Source: Candidatus Dormibacteraceae bacterium
GTDB lineage: Bacteria > Chloroflexota > Dormibacteria > Dormibacterales > Dormibacteraceae
Assembly (NCBI GenBank): GCA_041497375.1
Contig: JBGQGI010000001.1
Coordinates: forward strand, 1-24,032
Length of the DNA stretch: 24,032 bases
Direction of reading: 5' to 3'
This document shows positions 7,264 to 15,286 of the stretch, piece by piece. Positions within the stretch are counted from its first letter, which is position 1. Every line of letters starts with the position of its first letter. The translations under genes and the position numbers were made by a program. A model generated the notes under the pieces. It was given only the letters and a program-made list of their open reading frames with translations. It was not told the DNA's origin and did not search any database.

Positions 7264-8481
7264 ATGCGAAGGGCTTTGATCGCAACAGTGGCGGGCGCCG
7301 GCCTGGCCCTCACCGCTTGCGGTGCGGGAACGGCTACGGCAACTCCTACGCCAGGCACTCCGATAACCATCGGCGTTTCGGTCTCGCTCAGCGGCGACTT
7401 CTCCAGCGACGGCCCTGCTTTGGAGAAGGGCTACGACCTGTGGGCTGAGGACGTCAACAAGAAGGGCGGCCTTCTCGGTCACCAGGTGACGATGAAGTAC
7501 GTCGACGACGCCAGCAGCACGACACAGGTTGTGACCAACTACGAAACTCTGATCTCATCGGAGAAGGTCGCGCTTGTTTTCGGACCTTACTCGAGCTTGC
7601 TGACCAAACCCGCGGCCGTAAGGGTCGATCGCCTCGGCTACGCCTTCCCAGAGCCCGCCGGCGGCGCCCCCTCGGTATTCGCGCTCGGCCTCCACTCGCT
7701 GTTCTTCGTGCAGCCTGCGGCGATCGAGGACAACCTCGTCAGCTACACCAACTGGGTGCTCTCGCTGCCTGCCGACCAGCGACCCAAGACGGCTGCATAT
7801 GCGACCGAGGACGATCCGTTCACGCAGCCTCAGATCGACAAAGCCAAGGGCCTGCTGGAAGCAGCTGGAGTCCAGACGGTCTCGTACAAGGTGTACCCGT
7901 CGGAGACCACGGACTTCACTCCTCTCGCGCTGAAGGTCGCCAGCTCGAACGCCGACGCCGTCATCCTCGGCACCCAGGTGCCTGACGCGATCGCCTTCGT
8001 CAAGACTTTCATCGCGCAGCACTACAACCCGAAGACCCTGATCGAGACTGCGGGTCCGGACCAGGGCGCCCAGTACTCCGACAAGCTCGGGGCGAACACG
8101 GAGGGGATCATGGTTCCGGCCGGCTGGACGTCGGGCTCACAGGCTTACGGCAACCCCACTTTTGTGGCCGAATACATCTCCAAATACGGCGGTTCGGCAG
8201 GCGACATCAGCGCCGACTCAGCCGAGGCCTATAGCGTCGGGCAGGTCGTCGACCAGGCCGCGACCAAGGCCGGCAGCATCGACAACCAGAAGTTGATCGA
8301 CACCCTCCACACAGGTACTTACCAAACGGTCCAGGGCCCGATGGGCTGGGACTCGGTCGGCAAGCCTCAAGGCGGGGTGGGCGTTTTCGTCGAGCAGTGG
8401 CAGAACGGCACAGCGGTCTTCGTCTACCCACCGACCGTTGCCGCCGCCCAGCCCGAATACCCCAAGCACGACTGGCAGTAG
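7264..8481 (+). CDS. HAAT/LivJ-type ABC substrate-binding lipoprotein
   Basis: SD GGAGGAG (7251-7257) then ATG 7264. Signal peptide with lipobox LTAC; type I periplasmic binding protein motifs (VNKKGGLLG, DDASS, VFGPYSS, SAEAY). Confidence 0.92.
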   Translation: MRRALIATVAGAGLALTACGAGTATATPTPGTPITIGVSVSLSGDFSSDGPALEKGYDLWAEDVNKKGGLLGHQVTMKYVDDASSTTQVVTNYETLISSEKVALVFGPYSSLLTKPAAVRVDRLGYAFPEPAGGAPSVFALGLHSLFFVQPAAIEDNLVSYTNWVLSLPADQRPKTAAYATEDDPFTQPQIDKAKGLLEAAGVQTVSYKVYPSETTDFTPLALKVASSNADAVILGTQVPDAIAFVKTFIAQHYNPKTLIETAGPDQGAQYSDKLGANTEGIMVPAGWTSGSQAYGNPTFVAEYISKYGGSAGDISADSAEAYSVGQVVDQAATKAGSIDNQKLIDTLHTGTYQTVQGPMGWDSVGKPQGGVGVFVEQWQNGTAVFVYPPTVAAAQPEYPKHDWQ

Positions 8482-8487
8482 ACGAAA

Positions 8488-8518
8488 CGGGGACGGTTAG
8501 CGAGAGCCGCCGTCCCCG
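8488..8518. other. Intergenic stem-loop after the binding-protein gene, probably an mRNA-stabilising or attenuating element
   Basis: Perfect 9-bp inverted repeat CGGGGACGG (8488-8496) / CCGTCCCCG (8510-8518). No U-tract follows. Confidence 0.6.
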
Positions 8519-8539
8519 CCTCGCTTCCGGGCCGTTGAG

Positions 8540-9415
8540 ATGACCCTGGTCCTGGAAGCGGCGGTGCTGGGCGTCCTGACGGGCGGCGTGTACGCCCTGA
8601 TGGCATCCGGCCTGACCCTGATTTTCGGCGTGATGCGCATCATCAACGTGGGTCACGGCGCGCTCGTGGTTCTTGGGGCATACCTCAGCTTCGTTCTCTG
8701 GCACAACCTGAACATCGATCCATTCGTGAGCCTTGTCGTGACCATGCCTGTCATGTTCGTGTTGGGCGTGATCCTGCAGGTCGTCTTCATCCGTCCATTG
8801 AAAACTGATCGCGAGGCCCTCTCTGTCCTCGTCACGTATTCGATCGCGTTGGGCATCGAGGGTTTGCTTGGGTACTTCTTCACGACGAACTATCTACAGA
8901 TCACCGCCTGGTACGACACGGCGAGCTTCCCCATCGGCGACTTTCGTGTCACCTACGTCTACGTGTACGGCTTTCTGCTCTGCGTGGCCATCCTGGGCGC
9001 GATCTTTCTGATGCTCTACCGCACCACCCTTGGCGGCGCCATCCGGGCCACGATGCTCAACCGGACGGCTGCCCAGCTCGTTGGCATCGACGTTGACCGG
9101 GTCTCGGCGATCGCCTTCGGCATCGGCATGGCCACTGCAGCTGCCGGCGGCGTGGTGTTCGGCATCACCACCACGTTCAACCCGGGGAGCCACTACGACC
9201 TGATCTCGAGATTGCTGACGATCATCGTCCTTGGAGGCCTGGGAAGCCTGCGCGGCGCCATCATCGCCGCCGTCGTAATGCTCGTGATCGAGGACATCAC
9301 CTCGGTGGTTATTTCGCCCGTGTGGGCCAGCTTCGTCTTCTTCGTCATCCTCGTCGTCGTGTTGCTGGTACGTCCGCAGGGACTGTTCGGTTTGACGGTG
9401 CGGGAGCGGCTATGA
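8540..9415 (+). CDS. HAAT ABC permease, LivH-like
   Basis: GLTLIFGVMRIINVGHG, GGAIRAT, LVGIDV, IIVLGGLGSLRGA; multiple TM segments. Confidence 0.92.
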   Translation: MTLVLEAAVLGVLTGGVYALMASGLTLIFGVMRIINVGHGALVVLGAYLSFVLWHNLNIDPFVSLVVTMPVMFVLGVILQVVFIRPLKTDREALSVLVTYSIALGIEGLLGYFFTTNYLQITAWYDTASFPIGDFRVTYVYVYGFLLCVAILGAIFLMLYRTTLGGAIRATMLNRTAAQLVGIDVDRVSAIAFGIGMATAAAGGVVFGITTTFNPGSHYDLISRLLTIIVLGGLGSLRGAIIAAVVMLVIEDITSVVISPVWASFVFFVILVVVLLVRPQGLFGLTVRERL

Positions 9416-10416
9416 AGCTGCCGCGCGACAGGCGCGTCCTGATGGCTCTGGTCCTGGTCGCGGTCCTGGCTCTCGCCCTCGTGTTTCCGGCGATATCGCC
9501 CGATTCGTCGACCACGAACATCATGGTCTTCACGCTTATGTACGTCGGGCTCGCGACCGCCTGGAACATCATGGGCGGCTACACCGGCTATATCTCGCTG
9601 GGACACGCGGGTTTCTTCGGCTTCGGGTCCTACGCGCTCGGCCTCCTCCTTGCCAGGCTCGGGGTTGCGGGCGGCTACGCGCCTTTTCTGTTCGTTCCGT
9701 TGGCCGGACTCCTCACGGCAGTGCTGGCCGCTGCGGTCGGCTGGTTCGCGCTGCGGACTCGGGCGGCGACCTTTGTGATCGTGACCATCGCCTTCATGTT
9801 CATGCTGCAGCTGCTGGCTGAAAATCTCACGAGCTTGACCGGCGGTGGGGCAGGCCTCGGCTTCCCAAACCCGCCCTGGCGCGGCGACTTCTTCGACATC
9901 CCGTTCTACTACGCGATGCTGGTGCTTGCCCTCCTGGGCATTGCCGTCTCATGGTGGATCAGGCGATCGAAGTTCGGCCTCGGGCTGCTGGCGATCCGCG
10001 ATGACGAGGACAAAGCGCTCGCCGTCGGCGTCCCGGCTCGGGCATTCAAGCTGACAGCCTTTGTGATCAGCGCCGCGCTGGTGGGCATGATCGGCGCCGT
10101 GTACGGCTATTACGTGACCTTCATCTATCCGCAGTTCGTGGTCGATCCGCTCATCGGCATCTCGATGGTGTTAATGGTGTTCCTGGGTGGGCTCGGCACT
10201 CTGTGGGGACCGGTGCTCGGTGCGCTCATCCTCGAACCAGCGCAACTGTGGCTGGCATACAACTACGGCGCCAGCCGGCTCTACCTCGTCCTGTACTCAG
10301 CCGTCTTCCTGCTCGTCATCCTGCTGATGCCGCGAGGCATCATCCCTTCGCTTCAAGAATTGATCGCCCGGCGCCGGGCGAGCGCGCGGGTGCACGGGGT
10401 TGGGGCAGCGCCGTGA
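9412..10416 (+). CDS. HAAT ABC permease, LivM-like
   Basis: ATG 9412 overlaps the previous stop (ATGA). Motifs WNIMGGYTGYISLGHAGFFG, SKFGLGLLAIRDDE, VFLGGLGTLWGP. Confidence 0.92.
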   Translation: MKLPRDRRVLMALVLVAVLALALVFPAISPDSSTTNIMVFTLMYVGLATAWNIMGGYTGYISLGHAGFFGFGSYALGLLLARLGVAGGYAPFLFVPLAGLLTAVLAAAVGWFALRTRAATFVIVTIAFMFMLQLLAENLTSLTGGGAGLGFPNPPWRGDFFDIPFYYAMLVLALLGIAVSWWIRRSKFGLGLLAIRDDEDKALAVGVPARAFKLTAFVISAALVGMIGAVYGYYVTFIYPQFVVDPLIGISMVLMVFLGGLGTLWGPVLGALILEPAQLWLAYNYGASRLYLVLYSAVFLLVILLMPRGIIPSLQELIARRRASARVHGVGAAP

Positions 10417-11144
10417 GCCTGCTCCAGGTCGATCACCTCAGCAAGCGCTTCGGCGGCGTCGTCGCGGTCGATGATTGCACGCTCTCGATTCCTGCGGGCG
10501 GCATCACAGGGCTCATCGGTCCAAACGGATCGGGCAAGACGACGATCTTCAACTTGATCACCGGCTTCATCGCCAAGGACGAGGGGCGGATCACATTCAA
10601 GTCACAGCCGATCGACGGCCTCGGGCCCGACATGGTTTACGCGCGCGGCATCGGCCGCACGTTTCAGCTCGCCCGCATCTTCCCTCGCCTCACGGCTCTC
10701 GAGAACTTGTTGGTGCCGATTCGCCGAAGAGGACTGCGCGCGCTGTTCTCACGCGCCGCCCGGAGCGATGAGAGGTCGAAAGCGATGGAGATGCTGGAGT
10801 TCCTCGAGATCGCTCACGTCGCGGACGTCCTTGGTGGATCGCTGTCGTATGGGCAGCGCAAGCTCCTGGAGCTGGGCGCGGTGATGATGGCCGAGCCCGA
10901 GCTGGTGCTGCTGGACGAGCCGGCCGGCGGCGTCAACCCGGCGCTGCTCGAACGTATCGCCGACCGCCTCCGCACCCTCAACTCGCGCGGAACCACCTTC
11001 CTCATCGTGGAGCACAACATGAGCTTTGTCATGAACCTCTGCTCCGAGGTCATAGTCGTGCAACGAGGACGCCAGATCGCAAGCGGCACGCCCGAGGCGG
11101 TGCGCAGCGACCCCGCAGTCCTCGACGCGTACCTGGGCGCCTGA
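10413..11144 (+). CDS. HAAT ABC ATP-binding protein, LivG-like
   Basis: GTG 10413 in a GTGA overlap. Walker A GPNGSGKTT, signature LSYGQ, Walker B LLDEP, H-loop VEHN. Confidence 0.93.
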   Translation: MSLLQVDHLSKRFGGVVAVDDCTLSIPAGGITGLIGPNGSGKTTIFNLITGFIAKDEGRITFKSQPIDGLGPDMVYARGIGRTFQLARIFPRLTALENLLVPIRRRGLRALFSRAARSDERSKAMEMLEFLEIAHVADVLGGSLSYGQRKLLELGAVMMAEPELVLLDEPAGGVNPALLERIADRLRTLNSRGTTFLIVEHNMSFVMNLCSEVIVVQRGRQIASGTPEAVRSDPAVLDAYLGA

Positions 11145-11145
11145 C

Positions 11146-11862
11146 ATGGCCGCATTGCTCGAGCTGCAAGGCCTGGTTGCCGGCTACGGCGGCGGCGACA
11201 TCCTGCTCGGCGTCGATCTGAGCGTCGACGAGGGAAGTCTGACGTGCATAGTCGGGCCCAACGGCGCAGGGAAGTCGACATTGTTGCGAGTGATCAGCGG
11301 CTTGCTGCGGCCGACTCGGGGTTCGGTGAAGTTTCGTCGCGAGTCAATCGCTGCGCTCAGCCCTCGCGCAATTCTCACTCGCGGCATCGTCCAGGTCCCG
11401 CAGGAGCGCAGCCTGTTTCCGACCATGACGGTCTGGGAAAACGTGCGCCTCGGGGCTTACACCGTGCGCGACAAGGGTCTGGTCGAGCGGCGCCTGGCGG
11501 CGGTGGGGGAGACCTTCCCGATCGTAAAAGAGCGTCGCCACGAGCTTGCAGCTTCGTTGTCCGGCGGCCAGCAGAAGATCGTGGAGTTCGCGCGGGCAAT
11601 GATGCTCGACCCATCTCTCCTCATCCTCGACGAGCCCTCGATGGGCCTCGACCCGAAGACCCGCACGACCGTCTTCAACACGATTCGCACGATGAACGAC
11701 GCAGGTCACACGCTTCTCCTCGTCGAGCAGAACGCGCGGTCCGGGCTTGGCATCGCGACGCACGGCGTGGTGATGGAGAGCGGGAGGATCCGGCTGGAGG
11801 GCCCCGGGCCCGAGGTGCTGAGCAACCCGGAGATCGGCCGCCTGTATCTGGGCGCCGCGTGA
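11146..11862 (+). CDS. HAAT ABC ATP-binding protein, LivF-like
   Basis: Walker A GPNGAGKST, VPQER, LSGGQ, ILDEPSMGL, LVEQN, YLG. Confidence 0.93.
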   Translation: MAALLELQGLVAGYGGGDILLGVDLSVDEGSLTCIVGPNGAGKSTLLRVISGLLRPTRGSVKFRRESIAALSPRAILTRGIVQVPQERSLFPTMTVWENVRLGAYTVRDKGLVERRLAAVGETFPIVKERRHELAASLSGGQQKIVEFARAMMLDPSLLILDEPSMGLDPKTRTTVFNTIRTMNDAGHTLLLVEQNARSGLGIATHGVVMESGRIRLEGPGPEVLSNPEIGRLYLGAA

Positions 11863-13451
11863 GCCGGCACGACATCGTGTTCGCAGGCGCCGGCCATAAC
11901 AACCTGGTCGCCGCAGCCTACGCGGCGCGCGCGGGTTTCAAGGTGCTGGTCCTGGAGGGCGCGCCACAGATCGGCGGCGACACCACCACCCAGGAGCTGA
12001 CGCTGCCGGGCTTCCTCCACGATCCGTGCGCCACCGCGCACAACGTGATCCAGAGCAACCCGCTGATGCGAAACAACGAGCTCGAGCTCGGCCGTCACGG
12101 GCTCAAATACCTCCATCCGGACCCCGTATTCACCATGCCGTTCCTCGACGGCAGCTCGATCACGATGTGGCGCGATGTCGAAAGGACCTGCGCCGAGCTG
12201 GCCAGGTTCTCCGCAGCAGACGCCCTCGCGTACAGGCAGCTGCTCGCCGATTGGGACCAGATGGCAAAGGTGATCAACGATGAGAGAGCCAGCGCACCTG
12301 CGCCGCCGGACGAGGTCATCGCACGCACCCTGGCCAGCCCACTGGGCGAGAAGATGAAAGCGATCCGCGATGACAGCGCCATCGACATCGTCAGAGAGCG
12401 GTTCCGCGACGATCACGTTCGCGCCTTCTTTGCGTGGATCGCCTTCATGACGCTGCATCCGCTCGACGAGCCGGAGTCCGGCATCATGGCCTTCTCGCTG
12501 GCGGCGGGCCGCCAGCGGTTCAGCTGGATCCTGCCCGAAGGCGGTTCGATTCAGCTGCCGCTTGCTCTGGCGCGCGACATCGAGGAGCACGGCGGCACCG
12601 TCCTCTCGTCGAAGCGGATCACACGTATCGCCGTGGAAGGCGGGAGGGCGACCGCGGTTGAGACCGAAGACGGGTCGACCTACGAAGCTGACCGGGCGAT
12701 CGTCTCGACGATCCACGTGAAGCACCTGGCCGGGATCGTCGGCGAGCAGAACCTGCCAGGCGACTACCTGGCCGGGGTGGCCAGATGGCAGCCGAACCTC
12801 ACGATGTTCGTCACCCATTACGCAATGTCGGAGGCGCCCCGTTTTCGGATGGCCGACGGCCTTGGCGCCAGCGTGACGATGGGAGCGCTCGAATCCCTCG
12901 AGGCTTACGCCGCCATGCTCTCCGCTTTCCGAGCCGGGCGGATCGACCTCGACGAGCCAGTGTTTCTTGCACTCACGCCCTCAGTCATCGATGCCACGAG
13001 GGCGCCTGCCGGCAAGCACACGTTCAAGGTGGTGAGCTTCCTGCCGTACGAGCTTGCGCAGGGTCCAGAGCATTGGGACACGATCAAGCAGGACGTTTCC
13101 AACGAGCTCTTCGAGCGGCTCTCGCTGCTGTCGCCAAACCTTTCCCGTCGGATCGTGATGGCCGAGCACGTCGATTCGCCGCTGGACCTCGAACGCAGAA
13201 ATCCAGCGAACTGGCGAGGCTCGTGCCATGGCGGGGCCAACTCGCCGGAGCAGAGCGGGTGGTTCAGGCCCATGGAGGGCTGGTCCTCGTACCGGACGCC
13301 CATCGACGGCCTGTATCAGACAGGGGCCTGTACCCATCCGGGCGGCTCTGTCTCAGGTCTGCCAGGTCGCAACTGCGCGGAGGTGCTCCTGCGCGATCTC
13401 GGCTCGAGCCTCGACGAGGCCATCGCGGGTACCAGGATCGCGGCTTCATGA
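11859..13451 (+). CDS. FAD-dependent oxidoreductase, phytoene desaturase/CrtO/PYROXD2-like (COG1233 type)
   Basis: GTG 11859 in a GTGA overlap. N-terminal dinucleotide fold GAGHNNLVAAAY...VLE...IGG, PEGGS, SPLDLE, C-terminal YRTPIDGLYQTGACTHPGGSVSG. Confidence 0.88.
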   Translation: MSRHDIVFAGAGHNNLVAAAYAARAGFKVLVLEGAPQIGGDTTTQELTLPGFLHDPCATAHNVIQSNPLMRNNELELGRHGLKYLHPDPVFTMPFLDGSSITMWRDVERTCAELARFSAADALAYRQLLADWDQMAKVINDERASAPAPPDEVIARTLASPLGEKMKAIRDDSAIDIVRERFRDDHVRAFFAWIAFMTLHPLDEPESGIMAFSLAAGRQRFSWILPEGGSIQLPLALARDIEEHGGTVLSSKRITRIAVEGGRATAVETEDGSTYEADRAIVSTIHVKHLAGIVGEQNLPGDYLAGVARWQPNLTMFVTHYAMSEAPRFRMADGLGASVTMGALESLEAYAAMLSAFRAGRIDLDEPVFLALTPSVIDATRAPAGKHTFKVVSFLPYELAQGPEHWDTIKQDVSNELFERLSLLSPNLSRRIVMAEHVDSPLDLERRNPANWRGSCHGGANSPEQSGWFRPMEGWSSYRTPIDGLYQTGACTHPGGSVSGLPGRNCAEVLLRDLGSSLDEAIAGTRIAAS

Positions 13452-14518
13452 CCGCGCACGAAACCACCAATCGCGTGCAGGTGGCGGCCCACCACTGGCG
13501 GCCCCGGTTCGTTGCCAACGGTATCGACGTCAACGACTTCGACGATACCGTTGCCAAAACCACCGAATGGAAGGATTGGGCGCCCAACTGGAAGGCGGTA
13601 GGAGAGGTGCACGAGGCGCTTGGCCAGGAGGCCGAGGAGCGCGGGCGGTGGGTATCGGCGGCGCAGGCCTATCAGCGAGCTGCGTGGTGCTGGCATCTCG
13701 GCAAGTTCCTCTGGTTCGAAGACGCGTCGCTGCATGGCGAGCTGCGCGACAGGTCGGTCGCCATCTACCGAAAGGCGCTGCCGCACCTCGATCCCCCCGC
13801 GGAGCGCCTGGAGATCCCGTTCGAAGGCGGCGCCATCCCGGGCAACCTCAGGCGGCCGGCGCATTCTTCGAACCCTCCACTGGTGCTGCTCGTGCCGGGG
13901 CTCGACTCCTCCAAGGAAGAGCTGTTCGCGATCGAGGACGACTTTCTTCGTCGCGGTCTGGCGACGCTGACCATCGACGGCCCAGGCCAGTCCGAGAACT
14001 CAGTCCATTTCGCGATCCGACCCAACTGGGAGACGGTGATCACGCCGCTGCTCGACCACCTTGCAGGCGCCGACCTTGGCGTGGACCAGGACCGGATAGG
14101 CCTGATGGGAATCAGCATGGGCGCCATCTACGGACCGCGCGCTGCCGCATACGAAAAGCGCATCAAGGCGCTGGTCGGCCTGGCGGGTCCTTACAACCTT
14201 GGCGAGTGCTGGGATGCGCTGAACACCCTCACGCGAGGCGGGTACGTGTTCTACACCAAGTCAGCGGACGAGGCGGAGGCAAAACGCAAGGCATACACCT
14301 TGAATCTCGAAGGCATCCTCGACAGGGTCAACCAGCCGATGCTCGTCATCCACGGCGGCAAGGACCGCCTGTTCCCGCCGGCGCACGCTGAGCGGATCGC
14401 GCGCGAGGCGGGCAACGCCACCTTGGTGATCTATCCGGACGGCAACCACGTGTGCAACAACATCGCCTACAAGTACCGCCCGCTGATGGCGGACTGGCTC
14501 GCCGACCAGCTCCTTTAA
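13448..14518 (+). CDS. Alpha/beta hydrolase, 2,6-dihydroxypseudooxynicotine hydrolase/FrsA-like
   Basis: ATG 13448 in an ATGA overlap. Nucleophile GISMG, acid HGGKD, His DGNHVC, plus PGLDSSKEE and DGPGQ motifs of this family. Confidence 0.85.
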   Translation: MTAHETTNRVQVAAHHWRPRFVANGIDVNDFDDTVAKTTEWKDWAPNWKAVGEVHEALGQEAEERGRWVSAAQAYQRAAWCWHLGKFLWFEDASLHGELRDRSVAIYRKALPHLDPPAERLEIPFEGGAIPGNLRRPAHSSNPPLVLLVPGLDSSKEELFAIEDDFLRRGLATLTIDGPGQSENSVHFAIRPNWETVITPLLDHLAGADLGVDQDRIGLMGISMGAIYGPRAAAYEKRIKALVGLAGPYNLGECWDALNTLTRGGYVFYTKSADEAEAKRKAYTLNLEGILDRVNQPMLVIHGGKDRLFPPAHAERIAREAGNATLVIYPDGNHVCNNIAYKYRPLMADWLADQLL

Positions 14519-15273
14519 CCGCCCGCGGCTCCTCCCGGAGGTCCGCCAAATCCTCCAGGACCGAAACCGCCGCCGGTGGTGCAGGTGCCTGACGGCCCGG
14601 CGGGCGTGATGGTGACCGATGTCGCCTGCACGGTGCCGGACGCATCCTTTGGGCCGTTGGCGCGAAGACACTGGCCGTTTTGAAGCGCAGCTTCAGTCAC
14701 GTCCGCGGTCGCGGTGATGGTCGCGGCCGAAGCCACTGTGAACGTTTGGCTGGCAGTCGCAGTTTTGACGGTGACGGAGGGGCCGCTCACAGCGGTGACC
14801 TCGCCCGTCACGAACGCCACGTTCGCCAGGCCGCTCGGGGCGGGGAGCGGTGTCGCGCCGCCGGGTGGGGTTGGGCGCGGCGTCGCCCCAGGATTTCCGC
14901 CTGGCCCAAAACCGGCGGCCAGGCAACCGGCTGCGACCTTGGGCGAGATGCGCACATTGGTCGCGGTGATGGCTCCCGACGTCGGGTCCTTCTGGCCGTT
15001 GGCGACGATGCACGTGCCTTTGAGGATGTCGGCCAGCGTGGCGATCGATGTCTTCGTGTACGTGGTGGTCGCCGTGACCGTCACCGTGGTGTCGCCATTG
15101 GGGCCGGTGAGAATAAGGGTCTGGCCGTTGACCTGGACCAGCTGGCCGGAGGCGCCGTTGCGGAATGCGTTGCCGCCCGACGGGCTTGGCGAGGTCTTGG
15201 CCGCCGATGCCGGGCCGCCGCATGCGGCCAGCACGAATGCGGCCACGGCGATGAGCGGGAGGAAGCGATTCAT
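14515..15273 (-). CDS. Lipoprotein with two tandem beta-rich domains (DUF5666-like)
   Basis: ATG 15273 begins MNRFLPLIAVAAFVLAAC (lipobox). Two visibly similar units of about 65 aa (G.L..VNG..L...T...L..G.C..ANG.KD..G...AT.V.I) are separated by a Pro/Gly linker. Confidence 0.75.
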   Translation of the reverse strand: MNRFLPLIAVAAFVLAACGGPASAAKTSPSPSGGNAFRNGASGQLVQVNGQTLILTGPNGDTTVTVTATTTYTKTSIATLADILKGTCIVANGQKDPTSGAITATNVRISPKVAAGCLAAGFGPGGNPGATPRPTPPGGATPLPAPSGLANVAFVTGEVTAVSGPSVTVKTATASQTFTVASAATITATADVTEAALQNGQCLRANGPKDASGTVQATSVTITPAGPSGTCTTGGGFGPGGFGGPPGGAAGG

Positions 15274-15286
15274 GAACGTGTCTCGT

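Noticed and set aside
11244-13447. ORF-track versions of the flavoprotein (735 aa from 11244) and hydrolase (577 aa from 12785) suggesting fusions
   Set aside because: The extensions overlap upstream genes in another frame and read as low-information sequence. True starts sit in GTGA (11859) and ATGA (13448) overlaps.
11859-13451. Carotenoid biosynthesis gene (crtI/crtO)
   Set aside because: No other crt genes, and it is translationally coupled into an uptake operon.
13448-14518. Nicotine degradation cluster
   Set aside because: No nicotine or ketone dehydrogenase (Mo hydroxylase), 6-hydroxynicotine oxidase or dihydroxypyridine hydroxylase genes in the window.
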